The notes under the pieces were generated by a model. That model ran no database searches. It was not told where the DNA came from and saw only the letters and a program-made list of their open reading frames with translations. A stretch of DNA of 64,000 nucleotides from assembly GCA_963716395.1 (NCBI GenBank), contig OY970309.1, positions 2,752,001 through 2,816,000 of the forward strand. Direction: 5' to 3'. This DNA is from an uncultured Fibrobacteria bacterium. GTDB taxonomy: Bacteria > Fibrobacterota > Fibrobacteria > UBA11236. Both the position numbers and the translations under genes were made by a program. How positions within the stretch are numbered: the stretch's first letter is position 1; the number at the start of each line of letters is the position of its first letter. This document shows positions 28,869-39,213 of the stretch, piece by piece.

Positions 28869-30493
28869 ATGTACGATTTCATCGTGGTGGGTTCCGGCGT
28901 CGCGGGGCTGTCCTTCGCCCTGCGGGCCGCGCGTTACGGCAAAGTCCTGGTACTCACCAAGCAATTGAGCGGAGCGGGATCGACCCATCTGGCCCAGGGG
29001 GGATCGCCTCGGTCATGGATCCCGCCGATTCGATGGAGCAGCACGCGCAGGACACCTTGACCGCGGGCGCGGGCCTGTGCCGCCGCGAGCGCGTGGAGAT
29101 CCTGGTGTCGCACGGGCCGCAGGCGGTGCGCGATCTGGCGGATTGGGGGGTGCGCTTCACGCGCGCCAGCGCGCGGGTGCGGGCCCGTGGCGTGCCGTAC
29201 GATCTGGCCCGCGAGGGTGGGCATTCCAGTTCGCGCATCGTCCACGCCGAAGACATCACCGGTTTCGAGATCCAGCGCGCCCTGAACGCGGCCGTGCGTC
29301 GTAACTCCAATGTGACGGTGCGCGAGAACGCCTTGGCCATCGATCTCGTGACCCCCAAGCACCTGCGCCCCGGCGAACGCGCAGCGGGCCCGCGCCGCGT
29401 CTACGGGGTGTATGCCCTGGACGCGCACCGCAACCGCATCGAGATGCATCTCGGGGCCGCCACGATTTTATGCACGGGCGGCGTGGGCCAGGTCTACAGC
29501 CACACCACCAACGACTCCGTGTCGACCGGCGACGGCATCGCCATGGCCTACCGCGCCGGCGCCGCGGTGGAAGATTTGGAGTTCATGCAATTCCATCCCA
29601 CCTCGTTCTATAATCCCGGGCAGCCCACCTATCTCATCTCCGAAGCCTTGCGCGGGCACGGCGGCGTGCTGCGCAACCATCAGGGAGCGGCCTTCATGGA
29701 CAAGGTGCATCCCATGAAATCCCTGGCGCCGCGCGACATCGTGGCGCGGGCCATCGACTTGGAAATGAAGCGTACGGGCCGTCCCTGTGTGTTCCTCGAC
29801 ATGACCCGGTTGCCGCGCGCCGAATTGCGGCGCCGCTTTCCCAACATCGATCGCCATTGCCGCGAACGCGGCATCGACATGGCGCGCGCCTGGATTCCCG
29901 TGGTCCCGGCCGCGCATTTCATGTGCGGCGGGGTGAAGGTCGACGCCGACTCGGCCACCGAGATGCTCAACCTGTACGCCGTGGGCGAGACGGCCTGCAC
30001 GGGCGTGCATGGCGCCAACCGGCTCGCGAGCAATTCGCTGCTCGAAGGCGTGGTGTTTTCCGAACGGGCCTTGGAACGCATTCTGGTCACGGCCCCGGCC
30101 CGGCCGCTGCGCCGCCATTTTCGCGAATGGGACAGCCTGCGCCTGAAGCCGGCGCCGGAAACCATCATTTATTCCCACGCCCTGCAAACCATCCGCTCCA
30201 CCATGTGGCATTACGTCGGCATCGTGCGCAGCAATTTCCGGCTGGCGCGCGCGGCCGAGTTTCTGCATGTGATCAGCCGTCACATCCACGCCGACTATTG
30301 GTCTTTTTCCATCGAGCCCAATCTCATCGAGCTCCGCAACCTGACCTTGTGCGCCGAACTCATTGTGCGCAGCGCCCAGCGGCGGCGGGAATCGCGCGGG
30401 CTGCATTACAATCTCGATGATCCCGAAACCCGGCCGGTGGCGCGGCATACGGTGCTGCGGCCGGCGCGGGAACGGCCGGGGCCGCGTCCCTGA
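28869..30493 (+). CDS. nadB: L-aspartate oxidase, with a one-base frameshift at the G6 run 28997-29002
   Basis: VVGSGVAG...STHLAQGG in one frame continues as IASVMDP...REGGHS, QFHPT, SEALRG, HGANRLASNSL in another. Adding one G restores AQGGIA. Confidence 0.92.
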
Positions 30494-30511
30494 ACGGCGC
30501 GAACGGTTTGC

Positions 30512-32554
30512 ATGCCGGTTTTTTCCTCCGCCCCGTGGCAGTTCCTGGCTCTGGCCGCCGCGGGCCTGGGCCTCACCTGGATGTTGTATCGCCGGCGCAG
30601 CACTCCTCTGCGCACGGGTCCACGGCGGGTTTTGACCGTCTTGTCCGCCGTGGCCTGGCTCGGGTTGGCGGGGTTGTTGGCGCAGCCGATATGGGAGAAT
30701 ACGCAGGTGACCTACCATCCGCCCACGGCGGTGTTGGCCGTGGATCGCAGCGGCAGTTTCGCGGGCGGGACCGCGCTGGGAGCGGAAGCGGCCGTGCGCC
30801 GCAGCCTGGCCGCGGTGCGCGGGCACTACGCCCGCCTGGGATTTCACATCCGCGAGTTGGATTTCGCCGAAACCGCGGCGCCGGCGGGTGGCGGTCGGCA
30901 CCTGGGTGTTCTCTCCGACCTGGGGTCGCTGCGGCGTTACCTCGACTCGGCCGATATCGCCAATCTGCAGGGCGTTTTCCTCTGGTCCGACGGCCGGTTC
31001 AACCTGGACACGGAATCGGACTTGGAGGCCTCCTGGCCCGCGCCGGTGTTTCCGGTGGCGATGGCGCCGGCCTCGGCCGAAGTGCAGGGCGAACGCGTCG
31101 AACTGGATTGGGATACGCCCGACTCGGGAGCGGTGGGAACGGTGGCGTGGCGGCCGGCGGGGCGGGCCGCCGGAAAGGCGGAATTGGAATTGAAAGCGGG
31201 CGAACGCGTCGTTTGGAGGGAAACCCTACCGCATCCCGACGTCTACACCGGCGCCGCCGTGCAGCGGGAATTCCATCTCCCGGCGGCGGCGGCCCGTCAG
31301 GCCGCGGCGGCCGCCTCGCTGCAAGCCCTGGTTCGCCCCGAGCGTGAATCCGACAACGTCACGGCCGCCAACGACACCGTACCGTTGCTCGAGAGGGGGC
31401 GGGCGGCCGGCCATTTTTGGTTTGTGCGCCCGCTGCAATCCCTGGAAGAGCGCGGCTTGATCGACGCCCTGTTCGCCACGGAAACCATGCCGGTGGCCAC
31501 CCTCGCTCCCGATTCACTGGCCGCCCGGTCTTGGAATGAGAGCGACATGCTGTGGGTGCGCGCCGGCGCCGCCGCCGAAACCGCGGCGTTACGGGCGGCG
31601 GTTGCGGCGGCCATTCCGGCCGTGGTCTACACGCTGCCCGGCACCAAAGCCCCCGGCGCCGCAGTATTTTCCGGCGATGCGCGCGTGGTGTGGAGCGAAG
31701 CCGCCACCGGAATCCTGCCCGCCGGCGTGGTGCGTCTGGCCGATCTCGGAAGCGGAGATTGGGACCTCGCTACCGGCGATGCCGCCGTAACCCCCATCGC
31801 CTGGGCCGAGGAACACGGTCGCCGCGGACTGCTCTTCGCAGTAGATACTGCGGTGGATACCGCGGCGGAAACGGCGGTCGATGGCCAAGCCGCCGCCCCG
31901 GTGTTTCGCCTGGCCGATCCGCCGCTGTGGAGCGTCTCCTTTCGCGATCAACCCGACCCGCGCGTCGCTTCCTTGCAGCGGCAATGGGTGGCGGGGGTGA
32001 CGGAGTGGATTCGCCGGCACCGCCACCGGTTGCAAGTGCGCCGGCCCGGGGTTTTGTTGGCGCATCGGCCTTTTTGGCTCACGGCGGTTTCCGCCTCCGC
32101 GACTCCGGCGGCGGAGCGCGGTTGGGAATTGCGCCTCGGATCGCCGGCGCGGCGCATCGCCGCAACCCCCGGCCCCGACGGCGCAATGCGCTTCGGGCCT
32201 TTGGATCTGCCCGCGGGCGCGGTGCCGGCCACCCTGGTCGCAGCCGGACGCACGCTGTGGCACGACACCCTCGTCGTGCGGAGTGCCGAGGCGCTGGAGC
32301 AGGCGCGGATCGGCGTCGACGTGGAAGCGCTCACCCGTATCGCCTCGGTTACCCAGGGCGAGGTCGTGCGCGACTTCTCCGACTCCGGGGGCGGCGCGGA
32401 ATGCATCCGGGCCTTGCCGGAATTGCCGCAGGGACAGATGCGCGCCGAAGCCCGCCGCGACATCGCGCTGCTGCCGCCCTTCTGGGCTACGCTCGGCGTC
32501 GCCCTGTGCCTGAGCGGGATGTGGGCGCTGCGAAAAAAATTGCATCTCGATTAA
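30512..32554 (+). CDS. Membrane protein with vWA-like domain
   Basis: Two N-terminal TMs, DRSGS MIDAS-like motif, WSDG, and a C-terminal TM ending WALRKK. Confidence 0.65.
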   Translation: MPVFSSAPWQFLALAAAGLGLTWMLYRRRSTPLRTGPRRVLTVLSAVAWLGLAGLLAQPIWENTQVTYHPPTAVLAVDRSGSFAGGTALGAEAAVRRSLAAVRGHYARLGFHIRELDFAETAAPAGGGRHLGVLSDLGSLRRYLDSADIANLQGVFLWSDGRFNLDTESDLEASWPAPVFPVAMAPASAEVQGERVELDWDTPDSGAVGTVAWRPAGRAAGKAELELKAGERVVWRETLPHPDVYTGAAVQREFHLPAAAARQAAAAASLQALVRPERESDNVTAANDTVPLLERGRAAGHFWFVRPLQSLEERGLIDALFATETMPVATLAPDSLAARSWNESDMLWVRAGAAAETAALRAAVAAAIPAVVYTLPGTKAPGAAVFSGDARVVWSEAATGILPAGVVRLADLGSGDWDLATGDAAVTPIAWAEEHGRRGLLFAVDTAVDTAAETAVDGQAAAPVFRLADPPLWSVSFRDQPDPRVASLQRQWVAGVTEWIRRHRHRLQVRRPGVLLAHRPFWLTAVSASATPAAERGWELRLGSPARRIAATPGPDGAMRFGPLDLPAGAVPATLVAAGRTLWHDTLVVRSAEALEQARIGVDVEALTRIASVTQGEVVRDFSDSGGGAECIRALPELPQGQMRAEARRDIALLPPFWATLGVALCLSGMWALRKKLHLD

Positions 32555-32696
32555 AAAAACCATCGAAAACTACTGCCCGTTTGAGCAGATCCGCGCAGGA
32601 AACGGCGCGGTTACCTCGGCATTTTTCCTCCTAATTCACAAGCGGGCAACGGCTTGCCGCGTTTGCACGCGCAGCGGGAATTTCCGTTGCTGTATC

Positions 32697-32740
32697 TTGG
32701 GTGATTATGGTAGATTTTGGGTAATTCTGGATCAGAAAGG
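32697..32740 (+). promoter_or_regulatory. MraZ-binding direct repeats
   Basis: TGG recurs with exact 10-bp period at 32698, 32708, 32718 and 32728 (AGG at 32738), directly upstream of mraZ. Confidence 0.6.
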
Positions 32741-32753
32741 AATTGGGTCTTCG

Positions 32754-33194
32754 ATGCGCCTCGAATCTTTCATCGGCAAAGCCACTCTGGCGTTGGATTC
32801 CGCCGGGCGCACGAATCTTCCCAAAGAGTTCCGCAAGGTGCTGGCCGAAAGCAACAAGGGGCAGATCGTGGTCACCATCGCCAATGCGAAAACGCTGGCG
32901 CTTTTTCCTCTGGCCGAATGGGGGCGCTATGTGCAGTCACTGGCCGAGTTGGGCCGCGGTCCGTCGGTCGACAAATTTCGCACGCGGCTCACGGCCATGG
33001 CCAAGCTCTCGGTGTTGGATGCGCAGTACCGGTTCCTGTTGACCCCGGAACAACTGCGTTACGCCGGCCTCCAGGACGAAGTGACCTTCGTGGGCGACGG
33101 TCCGCGCATCCGGCTGTGGTCGCCGCAGCGCTACGCCGAAGAGATCGAGTCGCTGACCGCGGACGAAGAACAACAATTCGAAAACTGGTTTTGA
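32754..33194 (+). CDS. mraZ: Division/cell wall cluster repressor MraZ
   Basis: DSAGR..P..FR and DAQYR repeats; first gene of the dcw cluster. Confidence 0.9.
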   Translation: MRLESFIGKATLALDSAGRTNLPKEFRKVLAESNKGQIVVTIANAKTLALFPLAEWGRYVQSLAELGRGPSVDKFRTRLTAMAKLSVLDAQYRFLLTPEQLRYAGLQDEVTFVGDGPRIRLWSPQRYAEEIESLTADEEQQFENWF

Positions 33195-33208
33195 CGTGGA
33201 ACGGCGCC

Positions 33209-34129
33209 ATGCCTCCCTATCATCGCAGCGTGTTGGAGCAGGAAGCCGTGGACTGGCTGGTGCAAAACCGTGAGGCCGCCTATCTCGACGCCACCTTGGG
33301 CGGCGGCGGCCATGCCGCGGCGATTCTGGCGCGGCTGGAATCGGGCGGAAGCTTGATCGGCCTCGACCGCGACCCCGAGGCCATCGCGCACGGCGCCGCC
33401 TTATTGGGTGCGGACCTCCGCGTGCATCTTCATTGCGCCCCGTTTTCCCGGCTGGGCGAATTCTGTGGTCCGGCTTCGTTGGCCGGCGCGCTGTTCGATC
33501 TCGGCGTGAGTTCGCATCAGCTCGACGATCGCGCGCGCGGTTTTTCTTTCGCGCCGGGAACGCCGCTCGACATGCGCATGGGCCCCGACGCCGAGCAAAC
33601 CGCGCTGGAGTGGTTGCGCCGGGCCGACGAAGCGGAGTTGGCCGACGCCTTCCGCCGCTACGCCGATCTCGAACGGCCGCGCGCCCTGGCCCGCCGCGTG
33701 CGCGCCCTTTTGCAAAATGAGGCGCAGCCCACCAGCGATGTGCTGCGCCGCGCGGTGCGGGAGGTTTACGGCGGACGCGACGCCGAGGCGCGCACCCTGG
33801 CGCGCGTCTTTCAGGCCGTGCGCATGCAGGTAAACCGCGAGCCCGCCGAAATCCGCGCCGGCCTGTCGGCCGCGGTGACGGCGTTATCCGGCGGGGGCCG
33901 CCTGTGCGTGTTGAGTTACCACTCCGCCGAAGACCGCGCCGTCAAAGAAACCCTGCGCGCCTTTGAAAAGGATTGCGTGTGCCCGCCGCAATTTCCCGTC
34001 TGCCGCTGCGGCGGCGGACACCGGCGTCTACGCCGGCTCGTACGGCGCCCCCTGGAGCCGGATCCCCAGGAAGTGGCGGAAAATCCCCGCGCCCGCAGCG
34101 CCAAGCTGCGGGTGATGGAAAGGGTGTAA
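33209..34129 (+). CDS. rsmH: 16S rRNA m4C1402 methyltransferase
   Basis: DATLGGGGH, DLGVSSHQLD, LDMRM, SYHSAEDR, NPRARSAKLR. Confidence 0.96.
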   Translation: MPPYHRSVLEQEAVDWLVQNREAAYLDATLGGGGHAAAILARLESGGSLIGLDRDPEAIAHGAALLGADLRVHLHCAPFSRLGEFCGPASLAGALFDLGVSSHQLDDRARGFSFAPGTPLDMRMGPDAEQTALEWLRRADEAELADAFRRYADLERPRALARRVRALLQNEAQPTSDVLRRAVREVYGGRDAEARTLARVFQAVRMQVNREPAEIRAGLSAAVTALSGGGRLCVLSYHSAEDRAVKETLRAFEKDCVCPPQFPVCRCGGGHRRLRRLVRRPLEPDPQEVAENPRARSAKLRVMERV

Positions 34130-34131
34130 CC

Positions 34132-34512
34132 ATGCCCAGCGTCAAACTGCGCACCGTGATCGGATGGATGCTGCTGGTGATGACGGTATCGGCCTTTTTG
34201 CTCGGCGTGGTGTGGAAGCAATACACCTTTGTGGCCGAGTCGCGCGCGCTGCTGCGCGGAGAACAGGATCGCGAGCGGTTGCAGAACGCGGTGATGCTGC
34301 TGGAAACTCAGGTGCGCGCCCTGCGCCGGCCCGAACGGCTGGAGAAGTTGGCGCGCACGCGCTTCGGGCTCATCGATCCCGGACCTCCGGTGGCGGTGCA
34401 GCCTGAAGGCCAGGTGCTGGCGGACGGCGCGGGGCCGCAGGTGGCGGCGAATAAAAATTTGCAGGCCGCGCGCGGGCCGGAGGTGTTCGGGTGGCGACTC
34501 GGCGGTTGGTAG
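34132..34512 (+). CDS. ftsL: Cell division protein FtsL
   Basis: TM plus coiled coil ending PERLEKLARTRFGL; located between rsmH and ftsI. Confidence 0.8.
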   Translation: MPSVKLRTVIGWMLLVMTVSAFLLGVVWKQYTFVAESRALLRGEQDRERLQNAVMLLETQVRALRRPERLEKLARTRFGLIDPGPPVAVQPEGQVLADGAGPQVAANKNLQAARGPEVFGWRLGGW

Positions 34513-36308
34513 TGCTGGGCGGAGCCCTGGGCTTGGCCTGGGCCACGCTGGCCGCGCGCGTATTCCAAATTCAGGTTTTGCGTGGCGGCTATTATCGGGC
34601 TTTGGCCGCCCACCAAAGCCTGCGGCGCAATGTGTTGTCTCCGCAGCGCGGCGAAATCGAGGATCGCGACGGGGTGCAGTTGGCTGTGAACGTTGAAGGC
34701 AACGGCCGCGTGGCGCAAAGCTTCCGCGGCGCGCGTCTGTACCCCAACGGTCCGTTGGCCGGACAGATCCTGGGCGTGGTGGGGCGCGACGGCTACGGCG
34801 AATCCGGGCTCGAGTTCCGTCTCGATCGGGATTTGCGCGGCACCGACGGCTGGCGGCTGGCCCGCTACGACGCCCGCAACCGCTATGCGCCCGGAACCGA
34901 AGATCGCGGCCGCGATCCGGTCAACGGATTGACCGTGCAGTTGGCACTGGACGCCAAGGTGCAGTCCATCACCGAATTGGCTTTGGCGCGGGGCGTGGTG
35001 CGGTCCGGCGCCAAAGACGGCGTAGCCATCGTGGTCGATCCCGCCAGCGGCGACGTCCTGGCCATGGCGAATTATCCCTTCTTCGATCCCAACACCAATG
35101 CGCGCGGCGGCGATGAGAACTGGAAGGACCGCGCCGTGGTCAAGGTGTACGAGCCCGGTTCGACGTTCAAAATCGTAACCGCCGGCGCCTTGCTGCAGGA
35201 GCATGCCATGGCGCCCGACGACACCGTCGACGCCGAAGGCGGCAGCTATAAAATCGCGGGCGAAATCATCCGCGACACCCATCCCATGTACCGCCTCACC
35301 TTCACCCAGGCGCTGGCGTATTCTTCCAACATCTCTTTCGCCAAAATGTCGATGCGCCTCAAACCCATCGTCTTCTACAAGTACATCCGCTCTTTCGGAT
35401 TCGGCATGAAAACCGGCATCGATTTGCCCGGGGAAGAAAGCGGGTGGCTGGAACCGGTGGAGCATTGGAGCGCGCGTTCGCAACCCACCTTGGCGTTCGG
35501 CCATGAGATCGCCGTCACACCTTTGCAAATGGTGATGGCCGCCGCGGCTGTGGCCAACGACGGTGTGCTCATGCGCCCGCGTCTGGTGCGCGCCTGGCGG
35601 GATTTGTCGGGGGCGGTGGTGCGCACCGAGCCGGCGCGCCCGGTACGCCGTGTTCTCTCCGACTCCACCGCCGCCGTGCTGCGCGCCATGCTGCGGGCCG
35701 TGGTCGATTACGGCACGGCCAAGGACATCCGGCATTCCTACATCCCCATTGCGGGCAAAACCGGCACCGCGGAAATATTCGACTCGGCCGAGGGCCGGTA
35801 CGCCGAGGGGCGGTTCAATTCGTCGTTCGTGGGCATGGCCCCGGTGGATCATCCGGCCTTTGTCGCCCTGGTGCTGCTCGACGAACCCCAGCAATTCAAA
35901 TACGGCGGACAATCGGGGGCCCCCATCTTCCGCGAAATCCTGGATCGCCTGGCCGTGGAATGGGACTGGATGCCGCAGCATCCCGACCATTGGGCGGCGC
36001 GGCGCGACAGCGCCACCAACGCGTTGTCCGCAGGGGAGGTTCCCCTGCAGCGGGCCGCCGTTTCCCTTCCGGCGTTGGACGTGGACGCCGACGTCGTGGA
36101 TTCGGCGGCCGCCGCGGACACGGCGTCGGATCGCACCATGCCCGACCTGCGCAATTATTCCCTGCGCGACGTGCTTCGGCGCATGCGCGCGGCGGGTATT
36201 GAGGTGGAATACGACGGCGAGGGTCGGGTGGTGGGTCAAGAACCGGCGCCCGGTACGCCCCTGCACCGCGGCATGCATTGCCGCGTCACTTTGGGATGGA
36301 TGGGATGA
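34491..36308 (+). CDS. ftsI: Class B PBP (FtsI) with PASTA domain
   Basis: RGEIEDR, EPGSTFK, SSN, KTGT, and a C-terminal MPDL PASTA domain. Confidence 0.92.
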   Translation: MATRRLVVLGGALGLAWATLAARVFQIQVLRGGYYRALAAHQSLRRNVLSPQRGEIEDRDGVQLAVNVEGNGRVAQSFRGARLYPNGPLAGQILGVVGRDGYGESGLEFRLDRDLRGTDGWRLARYDARNRYAPGTEDRGRDPVNGLTVQLALDAKVQSITELALARGVVRSGAKDGVAIVVDPASGDVLAMANYPFFDPNTNARGGDENWKDRAVVKVYEPGSTFKIVTAGALLQEHAMAPDDTVDAEGGSYKIAGEIIRDTHPMYRLTFTQALAYSSNISFAKMSMRLKPIVFYKYIRSFGFGMKTGIDLPGEESGWLEPVEHWSARSQPTLAFGHEIAVTPLQMVMAAAAVANDGVLMRPRLVRAWRDLSGAVVRTEPARPVRRVLSDSTAAVLRAMLRAVVDYGTAKDIRHSYIPIAGKTGTAEIFDSAEGRYAEGRFNSSFVGMAPVDHPAFVALVLLDEPQQFKYGGQSGAPIFREILDRLAVEWDWMPQHPDHWAARRDSATNALSAGEVPLQRAAVSLPALDVDADVVDSAAAADTASDRTMPDLRNYSLRDVLRRMRAAGIEVEYDGEGRVVGQEPAPGTPLHRGMHCRVTLGWMG

Positions 36309-37807
36309 CGCGCCCCCTGGACGAATTTTTGCGTAGCGCCGGCTTGACGGTACCGGACGCGTTACCGCCGGTGGAAATCGGCGGGTTGCAGCTGGATTCG
36401 CGCAAAGTACGCCCCGGGGATTTGTTTCTGGCCTTGCCCGGGCATCGGCAGGATGGCGCCGCGTTCGCCGCCGAAGCTGTGGCCCGGGGCGCCGTGGCGG
36501 TGGCCTGCGACGCCGACGCGCCGGAATCGCCGCGGATGGAAGGCGGCGCCTGGCGGATTTTTGTGCCCGGGCTGCGCCGTGCCGTAGGCCTGTGCTTCGA
36601 CGCGTGGTACGGATTTCCCTCGCGGCGACTGAGCGCCTACGGCGTCACCGGCACCAACGGCAAATCCACCACGGTGTTGCTGATGACCGCGCTCCTGCGC
36701 GCGGCGGGTCGCAAGGTGGTGTCGCTGGGCACCATTCGCTACGACCTCGAGGGCGAAATCCTGAGTTCGGATTTGACCACGCCCGGCCCCGACGTGTTTT
36801 TCGAATTGCTGGCGCGCGCGGCGGACCAAGGTTGCGATTCCCTGGCCATGGAGGTTTCGTCCCATGCCCTGAGTCAGGATCGCGTGCGGGGCGTGCGCTT
36901 TCGCCGGGCGGTGTTCACCAATCTGACCCAGGACCACTTCGACTTCCACGGCGGTTTCGAGGATTATTTCGCGGCCAAGAAAAAGCTGTTCACCGCATAC
37001 CTGGCCGGCGACGGGGTCGGTATCGTCAACCTCGACTCGCCCTACGGAGCTCGCCTGTTGGAAGAATGGGGCGGACCGCGCCTCACCTTTTCGCGCGCCG
37101 AAACTGCGGAGGGACGTCGCGCCGACGTGACGCTGCGCCGGGCCGAACTCACCTTGGCCGGATCGCGCCTGGTGCTGTCGCACCGCGGCCGCGACCTGGA
37201 AATCCGTTCGCGCCTGGTGGGATCGCTCAACGTGGAAAACCTGTTGGCCGCCGCCGCCTTCGGTTTGTCGCTCGGCCTCTCCGACGCCACGCTCGCGGCC
37301 GGTATGGCCGAGGTTACGGTTCCCGGCCGCAACCAGGTGATTCCGCTGCCCGGCGGCGCGTTTGCCGTGGTCGATTACGCCCACAGCCCCGATGCGTTGG
37401 AGCGGGTGCTGCACAGCCTGCGTCCGCTTACACCGGGCCGCCTGGTGTGCGCCTTCGGCTGCGGCGGCGATCGCGATCGCGGCAAGCGCCCGCTCATGGG
37501 CGCCATCGCCGAGCGCCTGGCCGATGGCGTGGTGCTGACCAGCGACAATCCGCGCAGCGAAGACCCTGAAGCCATTCTGCGCGAGATTCGCGCCGGCTTG
37601 CGCCGGCCCGACGAGGCCCGCGTGATTGCGGACCGCCGCACGGCCATCCGGACGGCCCTGGCGGAACTCCGGGCCGGCGATTGCCTGCTGGTGGCGGGCA
37701 AAGGGCATGAGGACTATCAAATCGTGGGCGCGGAACGGCGCCACTTCAGCGATCCCGAAGAAATCGCCGCGTGGGCCGGCGGCCGCGCAGGTTCGGCATG
37801 GAACTGA
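36305..37807 (+). CDS. murE: UDP-MurNAc-tripeptide synthetase (mDAP type)
   Basis: GVTGTNGKST, MEVSSH, DYAH, DNPR, AGKGHE. Confidence 0.96.
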   Translation: MTRPLDEFLRSAGLTVPDALPPVEIGGLQLDSRKVRPGDLFLALPGHRQDGAAFAAEAVARGAVAVACDADAPESPRMEGGAWRIFVPGLRRAVGLCFDAWYGFPSRRLSAYGVTGTNGKSTTVLLMTALLRAAGRKVVSLGTIRYDLEGEILSSDLTTPGPDVFFELLARAADQGCDSLAMEVSSHALSQDRVRGVRFRRAVFTNLTQDHFDFHGGFEDYFAAKKKLFTAYLAGDGVGIVNLDSPYGARLLEEWGGPRLTFSRAETAEGRRADVTLRRAELTLAGSRLVLSHRGRDLEIRSRLVGSLNVENLLAAAAFGLSLGLSDATLAAGMAEVTVPGRNQVIPLPGGAFAVVDYAHSPDALERVLHSLRPLTPGRLVCAFGCGGDRDRGKRPLMGAIAERLADGVVLTSDNPRSEDPEAILREIRAGLRRPDEARVIADRRTAIRTALAELRAGDCLLVAGKGHEDYQIVGAERRHFSDPEEIAAWAGGRAGSAWN

Positions 37808-39197
37808 ACCTGGCGGAAATGGCGGCTTTGCTCCGCAGCGCGCCCGTGGGCCCCAAGCCCGCCGGCCGCCGCGTGGAGATTTGCACCGACTCGCGCGCGT
37901 TGCGGGCGGGTCAGGTGTTTTGGGCGTTACGGGGTCCGAATTTCGACGGGCATGCGTATGTGGAAGAGTGCTTTCAAAAAGGAGGGCTGGCGGCCGTGGT
38001 GGAACGCGAATGGTACGAACAGAATGGCAAGCCGGTGCGGGTCTATGTGCCCGTGGGCGACACGGGACAGGCGTTGCTGGCGCTGGCGCAGGCCTATGCC
38101 GCGCGCTTCCGCATCCCCAAAATCGCGGTGACGGGCAGCAACGGCAAGACCACCACCAAGGACATGATCGCCTCGGTGCTGCGCCGTGCGGGCAAGACGC
38201 TCGCCACCGAAGGCAATTTCAACAATCATATCGGCGTGCCGTTGACGTTGTTTCAGTTGCGGCGTGCCCATCGCTTTGCCGTGCTGGAAATGGGCACCAA
38301 CCATCCGGGCGAGATCCGCGTGCTCAGCGAAACCGCGCGCCCCAACCTGGCGGTGGTCACCAATATCGGCTGGTCGCATCTGGAACATTTCGGCAGCAAA
38401 GAAGCCATCCGCGACGAAAAGCTTTCCATCATTTCCGGATTCCCCAAAGCCGGCACCCTGTTCCTCAACGTCGACGATCCGCTGTTGTGCGACGCGCGCC
38501 CCGGACCGCGCTGCCGCGTGGTGACCTTCGGCATCCATCGCGGCCAGGTGCGGCCCGACGACGTGTCGCTGGGGGCCGACGGCTGCGCCTCTTTCGCCTC
38601 GGCCGCACCCGTTTTCAACTCACCGTGCCCGGCCTGCACAATGTGTACAACGCCCTGGCCGCCGTGGCCGTGGCCCTGCATCTGCGCGTGCCCAAGGGCG
38701 AGGCGGCGGCGGCCCTGGCCGCTTTTTCGCCGCCGGAATTCCGCATGCAGCTCAGGCGGCTGGGAACCATTTTGGTGCTCGACGATTGCTATAACGCCAA
38801 CCCGTCTTCGCTGCGCGCCGCGCTGGCCACCTTGGCCGCCTATCAAACCCGGGGCCGGCGCATCGCGGTGCTGGGCGACATGCTGGAACTCGGGCCCGAA
38901 TCCGAAAAACTGCATGTGGAAATCGGGCATTACCTGGTCGAGATGGGCGTCGACGCCCTATACACCTTCGGCGCGCTCAGCCGGCATATCAACCAGGGGG
39001 CGCGCGACAAAGGCTTTGCGCGCCAACAGGCGCATCACTTTTCCGATTTCGAATTGATGGCGTCGGAGTTGGCCGAGGCCTTGCGGCCCGGCGACGTGGT
39101 GTTGGTCAAGGCTTCGCGCGGCATGCGGCTGGAGCGGGTGTATGAATCGCTGCGCGCCCGTGCCAAGTCCGGCGTGGTGCCGCATTGGGCGAACTGA
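37798..39197 (+). CDS. murF: UDP-MurNAc-pentapeptide synthetase, with a one-base frameshift near 38592-38596
   Basis: GSNGKTTTK, NNHIG and EMG in one frame; GLHNVYN, DCYNANP, GDMLELG and KASRG in the other. Confidence 0.93.
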
Positions 39198-39213
39198 AGG
39201 AAGTGGAGGCGGC

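Noticed and set aside
28533-28988. 151-aa N-terminal extension of the PpiD-like ORF (769 aa in the track)
   Set aside because: It overlaps the nadB start and leader on the opposite strand; the TM anchor begins right after MSIMWMK at 28532.
31838-31885. Short AVDT/AAET repeat in the vWA-like protein
   Set aside because: A degenerate in-frame 12-bp slippage in a linker, with no evident function.
37798-39197. Programmed frameshifting or pseudogene status for murF
   Set aside because: Essential gene, no slippery site, both halves conserved; a single-base indel error is more parsimonious.
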